Shown one piece after another: positions 18,161 to 27,420 of a stretch of DNA of 64,000 bases. The stretch is from an uncultured Opitutaceae bacterium (GTDB lineage: Bacteria; Verrucomicrobiota; Verrucomicrobiia; Opitutales; UBA2995). The notes beneath the pieces are model-generated. The model made no database searches and was not told where the DNA came from. It was given only the letters and a program-made list of their open reading frames with translations. Within the stretch, counting starts at the first letter, position 1, and each line of letters opens with the position of its first letter. The stretch covers positions 78 to 64,077 of the forward strand of contig CAYGQM010000019.1 of assembly GCA_964352065.1 (NCBI GenBank), written 5' to 3'. Both the position numbers and the translations under genes were made by a program.

Positions 18161-18775
18161 TTACGGATGTCCAAGTCTTTGTAATCGCAGCGTTGTAACA
18201 ACGAAATGGTTAATCATCAGGTGGAAATCTTCAACAGGACCGTATTCTCCTTTGGCGAAAGGAGCATGAAAACTGATATCAACCGCCTCCCGTAGCTTGC
18301 CTCCATCAAAACCCGTTAAACCAATGGTGGAAGCACCCCGTTCCTTAGCAAGTGTTACGGCTTCGATAACATTTGGAGAATTTCCACTGGCCGAGATAGC
18401 CACTACCCCATCTATAGAACATAGGCGATCTTCCAGTTGCCTCGAAAAGATTTTCTCATACCCATAATCATTTCCAATAGCTGTTACTAGCGCTTCGTTA
18501 CAGCAGAGACTTTCTGTGATAAAATTTGGAAAGCCTTCAACTCGTGTGTTATTGCCCAAATCAGCAGCAAAATGATTGGCCGTAGAAGCGCTGCCTCCGT
18601 TTCCACAAAAATATATGCGCCCCCCCTTTTTAGCTATGCCTTCTAGCGCCAACAAAACCCTTTCGCAGTCCGAACTAAATCCAGCATCTGTAAACTTGGA
18701 TGCAAAGTAACGAAAGTACTGGTCACAAAAACCAGTTATGGAATTTGATGATGAGAAATATTCTAGAAGAGACAT
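18161..18775 (-). CDS. SIS-domain sugar-phosphate isomerase (GmhA-like)
   Basis: 'RIYFCGNGGSASTANHFAADL' and 'VVAISASGNSPNVIEAV' are the GmhA/SIS signatures. Confidence 0.8.
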   Translation of the reverse strand: MSLLEYFSSSNSITGFCDQYFRYFASKFTDAGFSSDCERVLLALEGIAKKGGRIYFCGNGGSASTANHFAADLGNNTRVEGFPNFITESLCCNEALVTAIGNDYGYEKIFSRQLEDRLCSIDGVVAISASGNSPNVIEAVTLAKERGASTIGLTGFDGGKLREAVDISFHAPFAKGEYGPVEDFHLMINHFVVTTLRLQRLGHP

Positions 18776-18783
18776 GAGATTAC

Positions 18784-19788
18784 TTACCTTTTTTGGGCCA
18801 CCAATCTTAGATTTGAACTTAAAAGATTTTCCTGAAGGAACGTTTGGAGTTTTATTTTGGAATACTCGTCACGATTTGTCATAAAATATTCAGTCCAACG
18901 TGGCAGAGAAATTGTTGGATCTTCCTTGATAGCCTTTTCCAATAGCTGCACGTCGAGTTGACCTGGGGTACTTAATTCCTGAATAACGAAGCCGCTCTGC
19001 TCGATAAGGCTTTTAATTCCCTCTACGGTAGGAAGATTCATATGTTCCAGTGGGGAAATCTTGGCATGCTCCCAGAGCATTTGAATATCAAAACCGCTGG
19101 CAACTCGGGTGGTTAACAAAAAATAACCGCCACTCGATAAAATACTGAAAATCTCTTTAGTAAACGTTCTTGGGTCATGCTGCTGCTCAAAAGTTCTAAA
19201 CGCAGCAACCAAGCCAATATTACCTAAAATATTGGGCGAAAGATTACTTGAGACGATAGTCCGAATTCCGTGTCGATCCAAGGAATTTTCAGAATGACGA
19301 GGGTTTAAACTGTAAGCCAGGTCAAAACCCAAAGCCCGTAGTGAGATAAGTAAATCGGGCGTTTCACTTTCAACCTCCACTACAGACTTTGGAACATCCT
19401 GATTAAATTTCAAAAGTCGGTTTACCCAACTGGAATGGATTTGAGTTTGATGAGCCCTGAGAGCCTGAGTCGCTGCGATATAGGGCTTAGACTGCAAATA
19501 TTTTGCTCTGGGAGACTTATTGAAATACCAACTAACCTGCTCGGATGAAGGTCGCTTGTTTAAGTATAGTGACCCAGTTTTACTGCATAGCGAGTAATTG
19601 AATCCCACTTTGGAGAAACCTGCTTGGGGCTCAGAAACAGCATACGGGGAGGCAATTTCAACGAATGAGCTTTTTTCCTCTGTTAATTTTGCCAAAGAAT
19701 CGTTAATCGCCAAAGAAAACTGTTCGGAAACCTCGGGTGGATGAACCTGAGCCTCATCCAGATAATTTTCAGTAACTACATGCTTCAT
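18784..19788 (-). CDS. Methyltransferase-fold-like protein with an atypical motif I
   Basis: 'FEQQHDPRTFTKEIFSILSSGGYFLLTT' resembles post-motif II/III of class I methyltransferases. The glycine-rich motif I position reads 'VVEVESETPD'. Confidence 0.4.
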   Translation of the reverse strand: MKHVVTENYLDEAQVHPPEVSEQFSLAINDSLAKLTEEKSSFVEIASPYAVSEPQAGFSKVGFNYSLCSKTGSLYLNKRPSSEQVSWYFNKSPRAKYLQSKPYIAATQALRAHQTQIHSSWVNRLLKFNQDVPKSVVEVESETPDLLISLRALGFDLAYSLNPRHSENSLDRHGIRTIVSSNLSPNILGNIGLVAAFRTFEQQHDPRTFTKEIFSILSSGGYFLLTTRVASGFDIQMLWEHAKISPLEHMNLPTVEGIKSLIEQSGFVIQELSTPGQLDVQLLEKAIKEDPTISLPRWTEYFMTNRDEYSKIKLQTFLQENLLSSNLRLVAQKR

Positions 19789-20599
19789 TGTTGGTCAAAT
19801 CGAGTTTGGGAATAAGAGATCGAACAGATTCAAAAACGCTGGGATGAAGACTTACACTTTGCAAAGACATTTCAGGTTCCAAAAGATATTCAAAATCAGA
19901 GGAAGACACCCAATCCCTGGAGAGTGACTGATAAAAGGCCCCGGCTTCCTTAAGAATCAGGGCACCGGCAAAATCATCCCATATTTTAGCCTCCCAATTC
20001 ACATTGACTGCCAAACGCCCGGAAGCTACCCAGCATAATTGAAGCGCTTGAGAACCCAAATTGCGGAATTTCCCCAATCTGAGCCAAGCAGATAAAACAT
20101 TTGGGTGATCACCTATTTCCGCTAGGAAGCCAGAACTTAAAGAAATCAATTCAGGGTATTTGTTTTGGTCAATGAACAGGGGCGTTCCATTGAAGTATGC
20201 TCCACTACCTGCCTGAGCAGAATAAAGATCCTTAAGCACTGGGCTATAAACCCAGCCGGCCCGAGGAACTCCCGCATCGAGTAATCCTATAGAAATTGCA
20301 AAAAAAGGACTTCCCGATGCATAATTTACTGTGCCATCCAATGGATCAACCACCCAGATACGGTGATCAGCCAGACTCTCAGGTTCTACGCGGAAATTTT
20401 CCTCCGCAAGGACCAAATCATCCGGAAATCGGCTCCTTATCGATTCTGCTATTCTGCGCTCAACTTCGATGTCTGCCTCAGTGACCAAATCTTGGAATCC
20501 CTTACTTTCAATGGCCTTTAGGCTGACCTGTTTTTGGACCAAGTACTCTCCGGCTTCTATCAACAATTGCTCAACGAAATCGGCATCAATCGAGTTCAT
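19769..20599 (-). CDS. Inositol monophosphatase-family phosphatase (SuhB/CysQ superfamily)
   Basis: 'LAEE' metal-site segment and 'WVVDPLDGTVNYASGSPFFAISIG' (the WxxDPLDGT signature). Confidence 0.85.
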   Translation of the reverse strand: MNSIDADFVEQLLIEAGEYLVQKQVSLKAIESKGFQDLVTEADIEVERRIAESIRSRFPDDLVLAEENFRVEPESLADHRIWVVDPLDGTVNYASGSPFFAISIGLLDAGVPRAGWVYSPVLKDLYSAQAGSGAYFNGTPLFIDQNKYPELISLSSGFLAEIGDHPNVLSAWLRLGKFRNLGSQALQLCWVASGRLAVNVNWEAKIWDDFAGALILKEAGAFYQSLSRDWVSSSDFEYLLEPEMSLQSVSLHPSVFESVRSLIPKLDLTNNEACSY

Positions 20600-20831
20600 G
20601 ATAAAGCATGTGGGCGGGATTCGGGAACCATCATCTCCGAAGCGTTATCCATTTCTACAACAACCTGAATTGGTGTAGATCCAACATCGAAACACGAACA
20701 TTGCTCGATTGATAAAAGGAAACTTAAGCCTTAAAATTAGAGGTGACATCAGGAAGGTTAAAAGGAAAGTTCAAACTTTTTCCATTTCTGTTAGCGGGGT
20801 CAAGTAGATGCTATGGTGAATAGCCAAAAAC

Positions 20832-21671
20832 TTAAAAAAGCTCCTGAAGGTCCCTTCTTGGAAACACCTCCAAATCCCCTCCGACAGTTGCGTTGTAGAT
20901 ATTCACACCCAATTTATCGCATGCTTCTTTTACTCTCGTGTAGCCATAAATCTGGCCACCTATATTGGGAGCTGACCAAGGATCTCCCTTTTTCAGGTAT
21001 TCAGGGTGAAAGTGATTAGGATCAGAATCGGCCTGCATAGTAAGGGCAAAACCTTCGATAAGTTCCCCAGTCCCAGGATCTCGGACATGACCTTCACCAG
21101 TTGCTAAACCTTCCGGCATAGAAAATCGAGTATCGCAACCTATCAGATAGATGGGATTAAAACCCATGAATACAGCCAGTTGTAAACAGGTTATCGTTAC
21201 CGTATTGGGCATGCGGAGAAAATCAGGAGGATTCACAGCAAAATAACCTTCATGCCCCATATGCGGCTCCTGAAGTTTCTCCGTCGTCCAGATGATATTT
21301 TTCCGATCCGCCCAGTCTCTTGTTTCTCGAAACTCGTTGGGGAGAAAGAATGTTGTCTTAGGCAATAGCAGGGATTGTTGATCAATCTCTGGTGCGATAT
21401 TCGGAGTCACCCTACGATCTACAGCACAAAAAAACAAAGGGCGCCACGATATGCGATCGTAAAGCAAGTGACACCGATTGACTCCCCAAATAATGTCATT
21501 ACCCAGTTTTTCTAATGGAGTCTCTTTGAGACTGGGACCATTTCCCATTATGAAGCATCGTTGTCCTTTATATTTGTCCCGAAAACACTCGAATTTTCCA
21601 TGATTGCCGTCAGAGGGCTGAACACCATCTGCATTCAAAAAATAGTTCTTCAAGGCTTTTAAAATATTCAT
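20832..21671 (-). CDS. DUF115 (MptE/Maf-like) protein, candidate CMP-sugar-dependent transferase
   Basis: 'RCFIMGNGPSLKETPL' is the characteristic DUF115 N-terminal motif. The gene lies next to the CMP-sugar genes. Confidence 0.55.
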   Translation of the reverse strand: MNILKALKNYFLNADGVQPSDGNHGKFECFRDKYKGQRCFIMGNGPSLKETPLEKLGNDIIWGVNRCHLLYDRISWRPLFFCAVDRRVTPNIAPEIDQQSLLLPKTTFFLPNEFRETRDWADRKNIIWTTEKLQEPHMGHEGYFAVNPPDFLRMPNTVTITCLQLAVFMGFNPIYLIGCDTRFSMPEGLATGEGHVRDPGTGELIEGFALTMQADSDPNHFHPEYLKKGDPWSAPNIGGQIYGYTRVKEACDKLGVNIYNATVGGDLEVFPRRDLQELF

Positions 21672-21777
21672 TCGAAACAGAACAGGTTGGTCGGCAAAAG
21701 CTATTATTCAACAAGGAATCGCAGTGACGCATTTCTGTCTGGTAATACGAAGCCCAAAATTCTATTGCTCCCAATCA

Positions 21778-22569
21778 ATGCCCCAAAAGCTAGCGAAATT
21801 ATCAATCATCATCCCCGCCAGAGATGAGGCAGGGTGCCTGAGAGAGACCTTGGAGAATTTGTTGAAAACGCTTCAGTATAATGATGTTCCCTTCGAGATT
21901 GTGGTGGTGGATGACCATAGTTCGGACGATACTTGGAAGATTCTGACGGCAATGCAGAAGAACCATCCGGAAATACGCAGCGTGCAGAATCCCGGGGAAC
22001 CTGGATTCGGAAACGGTGTTCGATTCGGACTTTCACAGATGACTGGAGACGCCGCCGTCGTTTTTATGGCTGATCAATCCGATAGCCCTGAAGACGTTGT
22101 CCACTATTGGAAAAAACTGAACGAAGGATACGACTGCGTCTTTGGCAGTCGCTTTATTAAGGGCGGTACCGTGATCGACTACCCCAAGTTCAAGTATTTG
22201 CTCAACCGCGTCGCAAACAAAATGGTTCAGATACTGTTTCGTATCAAATTGAACGATACAACCAACGCTTTCAAAGCTTACAGAAAAGAGGTTATCGAAG
22301 GCTGCCAACCCCTGCTTTCTCCACACTTCAACCTGACCGTAGAACTTCCCCTCAAGGCCATTATCCGTGGCTATTCATGGACAACAGTTCCGATCAGCTG
22401 GCGCAACCGAAAAAGCGGCACCGCCAAGTTTAAGATCAAAGAAATGGGCAGCCGTTACATTTTCATCATCCTATACGCTTGGCTGGAAAAGTTTTTCAGT
22501 CGGGGGGATTATCACCGTTCGAACCAAAGTTCCCAGACCAGCAAGCCTGAAGAGGACCCGACTAAATAA
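21778..22569 (+). CDS. GT2 glycosyltransferase, Dpm1/ArnC-like polyprenyl-phosphate sugar synthase
   Basis: 'LSIIIPARDEAGCL...FEIVVVDDHSSDDT...VFMADQSDSPED'. I prefer ATG 21778 (MPQKLAKLSIII) over the GTG at 21724 in the ORF track. Confidence 0.8.
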   Translation: MPQKLAKLSIIIPARDEAGCLRETLENLLKTLQYNDVPFEIVVVDDHSSDDTWKILTAMQKNHPEIRSVQNPGEPGFGNGVRFGLSQMTGDAAVVFMADQSDSPEDVVHYWKKLNEGYDCVFGSRFIKGGTVIDYPKFKYLLNRVANKMVQILFRIKLNDTTNAFKAYRKEVIEGCQPLLSPHFNLTVELPLKAIIRGYSWTTVPISWRNRKSGTAKFKIKEMGSRYIFIILYAWLEKFFSRGDYHRSNQSSQTSKPEEDPTK

Positions 22570-23833
22570 TCATTCCCCCGGCAACGGTCGCGTTTGTATT
22601 CGGATCGATCAGGATGAAGCTGCCAGTCGCCCTGTTGTTCTTGTAGGAGTCATAAAACAAAGGCGCTGACACCCGAAGACAGATCCGACCCACTTCGTTC
22701 AGCTTGAACTCTGGGTCTCCCTCTACTTTATGGAGCGTATTGACATTCACTTTGTAGCGAGATTCGCGGACGATCGCTTTGACCTCTTTAGTCGTGTGTT
22801 TCAAAATAAACCTACTTCCAGGACGCAAAGTTTCTGTATCCGAAAACCAACAAATCATCGCCTCAATATCCTGCCCAACTTCCGGTTTATTGTTGGGCTT
22901 CACGATCATGTCACCCCGACTGATATCAATATCATCGTAGAGCAGCATCGAGACAGACTGCGGCGCAAACGCCTCCAACAACTCGCCATCCATCGTATGA
23001 ATGGACTTGATTCGACTTGTGAATCCCGAGGGAAGCACGGTTACCTCATCGCCCGGCTTGAAAACACCACTGGCAACCCTACCAGCATAACCGCGAAAGT
23101 CATGATGCTCGGAGGATTGGGGCCTGATTACCCACTGAACTGGAAACCGGGAATCGACGTGATTATGCGCATTTCCAATATATACGGTTTCAAGGGTTTC
23201 CAATAACGGAGCCCCCCCATACCACGGCATATTCTCTGATCGGTCTACGACGTTGTCCCCCAATAATGCACTGATCGGAATGAAGCGCACGTCCGCCAAG
23301 TCCAATCGGGAAGCGAACTTGCGGAAGTCAGACTCAACGTTCCGGTACACCGATTCATCCCAATCCACCAAATCCATCTTGTTGATACAGACGACAATGT
23401 GCTGAATCTGCAGCAAAGTGGCAATAAACGCATGCCGGCAGGTTTGCTCCACTACTCCATGGCGCGCATCAACCAGCAGAATCGCAAGGTTGGCCGATGA
23501 GGCCCCGGTTACCATATTGCGCGTGTATTGAATATGTCCCGGGGTATCGGCTATGATAAACTTTCGCCGAGGCGTGGCAAAGTACCGGTAGGCGACATCA
23601 ATCGTGATCCCTTGCTCTCGCTCCGCTTTCAAACCGTCTGTTAATAGGGCAAGGTTAACATTTTCATCGCCCTTCTTTTTAGAGGAGACTTCGACAGCAT
23701 CCCACTGGTCTTCAAAGATCGATTTACTGTCGTACAACAATCGCCCGATCAGCGTACTCTTACCATCGTCGACGCTACCCGCCGTGGTAAAGCGCAGTAG
23801 GTCCATATTCGTGTCTTGTATGTCTGATTCCAT
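22562..23833 (-). CDS. cysN: Sulfate adenylyltransferase subunit 1 (GTPase)
   Basis: 'LRFTTAGSVDDGKSTLIGRLL' G1, 'DTPGHIQYTRNMVTGAS' G3, 'NKMDLV' G4. Lies directly downstream of cysD. Confidence 0.93.
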   Translation of the reverse strand: MESDIQDTNMDLLRFTTAGSVDDGKSTLIGRLLYDSKSIFEDQWDAVEVSSKKKGDENVNLALLTDGLKAEREQGITIDVAYRYFATPRRKFIIADTPGHIQYTRNMVTGASSANLAILLVDARHGVVEQTCRHAFIATLLQIQHIVVCINKMDLVDWDESVYRNVESDFRKFASRLDLADVRFIPISALLGDNVVDRSENMPWYGGAPLLETLETVYIGNAHNHVDSRFPVQWVIRPQSSEHHDFRGYAGRVASGVFKPGDEVTVLPSGFTSRIKSIHTMDGELLEAFAPQSVSMLLYDDIDISRGDMIVKPNNKPEVGQDIEAMICWFSDTETLRPGSRFILKHTTKEVKAIVRESRYKVNVNTLHKVEGDPEFKLNEVGRICLRVSAPLFYDSYKNNRATGSFILIDPNTNATVAGGMII

Positions 23834-23841
23834 GGGAAAAA

Positions 23842-24756
23842 TTAAAAGTATCCTTCTTTCTTTCGGTCCTCCATCGCAGTTTCCGAACGTTTATCGTCGG
23901 CTCGCGCACCCCGCTCTGTCACACGGGCTGCAGCTACCTCTACCACAATGTCCTCAACAGAATTGGCGGGAGATTCCACGGCGCCGGTATTGGTCATATC
24001 ACCCACCGTTCTGAAACGCACAACTCGCTCCTCCACCGGTTCACTATCCGACGGGGTTACAAATTCGGACTTGGCCAGTAAAACGCCCTGCCGATTAAAG
24101 ACTTCCCGCTTGTGAGAAAAGTAAATAGGCGGAAGGTCAATCTGCTCCCAAAGGATATACTGCCAAACATCCAGCTCCGTCCAGTTGCTCAAGGGAAATA
24201 TCCGAAAATTCTCACCAAAGTGCTTCTTCCCGTTAAACAAGTTCCATAACTCAGGACGCTGATTTTTCGGATCCCATTGACCAAACTCGTCTCTATGTGA
24301 AAAGAAACGCTCTTTGGCCCGAGCCTTCTCTTCGTCCCGACGGGCGCCTCCCAAACACGCATCAAAGTTGAATTCTTCGATTGCATCCAAGAGCGTAACT
24401 ATCTGAAGACGATTGCGACTGGCGTTGACTCCCTTTTCTTCTGTCACCTTACCTTGGTCAATGGAATCCTGAACCAATCTCACGATAAGCCGTTCCCCGA
24501 GCTTTTCCAAGAGCTCATCGCGGAACTTTATCGTCTCCGGAAAGTTATGCCCCGTATCAACGTGGAGCAACGGAAACGGAAGTTTGGCCGGGTGAAACGC
24601 CTTCAAGGCCAGGTGCAGCATCACGATCGAGTCCTTGCCGCCAGAGAAGAGCAACACAGGATTCTCAAACTGAGCCGCGACTTCTCGCATGATGAAAATC
24701 GCTTCGGATTCCAGTTGTTTGATATGACTTAGTCGGTAGTCCATGGTTATAACCAA
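23842..24756 (-). CDS. cysD: Sulfate adenylyltransferase subunit 2
   Basis: 'LKQLESEAIFIMREV...VLLFSGGKDSIVMLHL' PAPS-reductase-fold PP-loop, and C-terminal '...RAKERFFSHRDEFGQWDPKNQRPELW'. Confidence 0.93.
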   Translation of the reverse strand: MVITMDYRLSHIKQLESEAIFIMREVAAQFENPVLLFSGGKDSIVMLHLALKAFHPAKLPFPLLHVDTGHNFPETIKFRDELLEKLGERLIVRLVQDSIDQGKVTEEKGVNASRNRLQIVTLLDAIEEFNFDACLGGARRDEEKARAKERFFSHRDEFGQWDPKNQRPELWNLFNGKKHFGENFRIFPLSNWTELDVWQYILWEQIDLPPIYFSHKREVFNRQGVLLAKSEFVTPSDSEPVEERVVRFRTVGDMTNTGAVESPANSVEDIVVEVAAARVTERGARADDKRSETAMEDRKKEGYF

Positions 24757-24763
24757 TGTGGCA

Positions 24764-25378
24764 TTATTCGGAAAATTGGATTAGCGGAAGAATATTTTGC
24801 AGCAGCGCAGTCGAACAGTCTCCAACATTGGACCGCTCTGTGTTAACAGTGATAACTTTGTCCGATACAGGAGCTTCAAATGCCGAGTCTTTTCCCGTAA
24901 ATTGCTTTAACTCGCCGGATTTCGCTTTCGCATAGAGCCCTTTTACATCCCGCTCCGCACACGTTTCATACGACGCTTCCACATAAATTTCGGTAAAGTC
25001 CTGCTCTCCGATAACGGCCTTCGCTCGTTCCCGCAGTTCGATTTTGGGCGTTATGAAAGAAACCAGCGTGATGACACCGGACTGCGCAAACAACTTTGCC
25101 ACCTCAGAAATCCGGCGAATATTTTCTGAACGATCCTCATCCGAGAATCCGAGATTGCTGTTCAGACCTGTGCGCACATTGTCACCATCCAAAACCTGCA
25201 CAAAGTAACCTGCTGCAAATAGTTGCTTTTCAAGGGCATAGGCTAGCGTGCTCTTTCCGGACCCAGACAATCCATAGAACCAAAACACGTGCCCGCGCTG
25301 CTTCAATTGAGCCTCTTTTCGGTCTCTTGGCAGGAGACCATCGAAGTCAGGATGTATTTCTTTAGTTTCTTTGGTCAT
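24764..25378 (-). CDS. cysC: Adenylylsulfate (APS) kinase
   Basis: 'VFWFYGLSGSGKSTLA' P-loop, 'LDGDNVRTGLNSNLGFS', 'FISP'-type segment 'FITP'. Confidence 0.92.
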   Translation of the reverse strand: MTKETKEIHPDFDGLLPRDRKEAQLKQRGHVFWFYGLSGSGKSTLAYALEKQLFAAGYFVQVLDGDNVRTGLNSNLGFSDEDRSENIRRISEVAKLFAQSGVITLVSFITPKIELRERAKAVIGEQDFTEIYVEASYETCAERDVKGLYAKAKSGELKQFTGKDSAFEAPVSDKVITVNTERSNVGDCSTALLQNILPLIQFSE

Positions 25379-25506
25379 AAACCTCAGTTAAGAGCAATGA
25401 TGATCTTTGAAAAAAGATCCAGCCATAAATTCACATCTTTAAATTGATGACCAGACAGTATTTCCTAAATCTACCTGTCTCCCTATTTAGACGTATTTTT
25501 AACTAA

Positions 25507-27369
25507 ATGAATATTCTTTTCGTACACTACGGTACATTTTCCTCGAACAGCATGAACCATATAGGACCCTTCGCTGCCGAGCTGAAAAAGCAGGGACATA
25601 ACGTGGCGATTACCCTACCAGCCATAGACCCGACTTTCGGTTACTTCCCTTATCCAGAAATACCCGTCTTCACCTTCGAAGATTTTCTAGGGAATCCACA
25701 TCGCTTTGAAGGTCGTGGCCCCAATATTATTCATGCGTGGACCCCACGGGAAATAGTCAGGCAATTTGTGGAGAGCCTGCAACAAATAGTCCATGCGCGC
25801 TGTATCATCCACTTGGAGGATGACGAAGATTCTATTCGCCCACAAGAGCCGCTATCTGGCGACGGCGCACTCCACCGAACAGACCCAAACCACGGATCAT
25901 GGTTTATGGAAAGCGCCGATGGTTTTACGACGATAATCGATAGTCTCATCGAAGACATTCCCCGTGGAATACCTTATCACGTTCTTTCCCCGGGGTTTGA
26001 CCAAATTGCAGCTCAAATTAACCCCGAGCCCGCATTTTCAAAAGCGATCTTTGGGATCCCGGAGCACTACAAGGTAATCACCTACCCAGGCGGAGCTTCA
26101 GGGCCCAACGGCGAAGACCTGATTGACCTATTCGAAGCAGTAAACCTTCTCAATGAGCATGGAACTCCCACGATTTTGCTGAAAACCGGGTTTCCCGACC
26201 TGACGCTTCGAAGCCAATTACCAGCGAACGCTAAAAACTGGATTCGGGATGTCGGATTCCTGAAACGCAACCAAGTCTGGTGCCTTATTGAACTCGCCGA
26301 CATCGTGGTCCAACCGGGCCGCATAAACGCTTACAACGAAAAACGACTCCCTTCCAAACTCCCCGACTTTTTCTGCTTAGGCAAACCCGTTATCACCACA
26401 CGAGCAAATATTGGAAAATCGCTAATCAACGAAGAGCAGGCACTCATTTTGCACGACTCCCGACCTGAGGAAATCGCTGCAAAATGCCAGCGACTCTTAT
26501 CAGATGATAACCTGCGTACCAAAATCGCAAACGAAGGGAAAAAGCTTGGAAATAACCGGTTTAATCTCACTAAGAATACACAGAAACTTTCGGACTTTTA
26601 CGCAGCGATGAACGACTCATCAAAAGCGTCCAACGCAGCCAAGGCAGGAGACCATGTCGCTCAGGCTATCGAAAAACTCTCAGAGCGTCTTCGCCCGATA
26701 AAAAAGCCTGACGAAGAAATTATTAGAATTAGCGACTACCTCAGAACAGTAACGTATAAGGAGTCCCAGACCAAACGCGTTCCCCAAAAGAAGCCACCGA
26801 TACAAGTGGAGATGCAGCTGTACTTCCCGCAATCACCAGCACAGTTGGAACTCGGATCCCTACGACTGTGGCACTTACCCAGAAAACACCAGCAATTCAA
26901 AGTTCCGTTTTCCCCGCCCGAACCTCTGGAGTGGCTCAGGATCGACCCCGGCCAATTCCCTGGTAGTTATATCATAAAAAGCTGGGCCCTCTTGGACAAG
27001 GACGAGGAAGTCCTCTATCAATGGACTCCCGAGGATAAGACACCGCTATGCTGCCAACCCAATGGTATCACGATTGGACCGGCAACCATCGACGGACAGG
27101 AATACTGGGCACTCACACATGACCCTCAGCTATTGTTCGCCCCTCTCCCCGAGTTACCGCCGGCGCGGATTCAGTGGTTAACAATTGAATTTATAACCAT
27201 GGAAGCAGAGTCACCGCTTCAAAACCGCTTGTCACTGCGCAGACGTCTGACATCGAAGGAATCGACGGTTCTCACAGAAAGAAATCAAACAATCACCCAG
27301 CTCCTTGAAACCGTTGAACGCCGGAAATCTTTTTACCTGAGACTCGTCGACCGAATCCGGAAAAGATAA
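25507..27369 (+). CDS. GT-B (GT4-like) glycosyltransferase with a ~250-aa C-terminal region of unknown function
   Basis: 'MNILFVHYGTFSSNS...' N-terminus and 'IVVQPGRINAYNEKRLPSKLPDFFCLGKPVITT' donor-binding region. I recognise no motif after about aa 370. Confidence 0.6.
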   Translation: MNILFVHYGTFSSNSMNHIGPFAAELKKQGHNVAITLPAIDPTFGYFPYPEIPVFTFEDFLGNPHRFEGRGPNIIHAWTPREIVRQFVESLQQIVHARCIIHLEDDEDSIRPQEPLSGDGALHRTDPNHGSWFMESADGFTTIIDSLIEDIPRGIPYHVLSPGFDQIAAQINPEPAFSKAIFGIPEHYKVITYPGGASGPNGEDLIDLFEAVNLLNEHGTPTILLKTGFPDLTLRSQLPANAKNWIRDVGFLKRNQVWCLIELADIVVQPGRINAYNEKRLPSKLPDFFCLGKPVITTRANIGKSLINEEQALILHDSRPEEIAAKCQRLLSDDNLRTKIANEGKKLGNNRFNLTKNTQKLSDFYAAMNDSSKASNAAKAGDHVAQAIEKLSERLRPIKKPDEEIIRISDYLRTVTYKESQTKRVPQKKPPIQVEMQLYFPQSPAQLELGSLRLWHLPRKHQQFKVPFSPPEPLEWLRIDPGQFPGSYIIKSWALLDKDEEVLYQWTPEDKTPLCCQPNGITIGPATIDGQEYWALTHDPQLLFAPLPELPPARIQWLTIEFITMEAESPLQNRLSLRRRLTSKESTVLTERNQTITQLLETVERRKSFYLRLVDRIRKR

Positions 27370-27420
27370 AGGGTTGATCAATTTATTCAATCCACTCTCA
27401 ATGCTCTGTTTTTGACTTAG

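Noticed and set aside
22562-22569. Convergent 8-nt overlap of the GT2 and cysN 3' ends (also a 4-nt overlap at 50241-50244)
   Set aside because: This is real but common in compact genomes. There is no evidence of functional significance beyond the lack of room for terminators.
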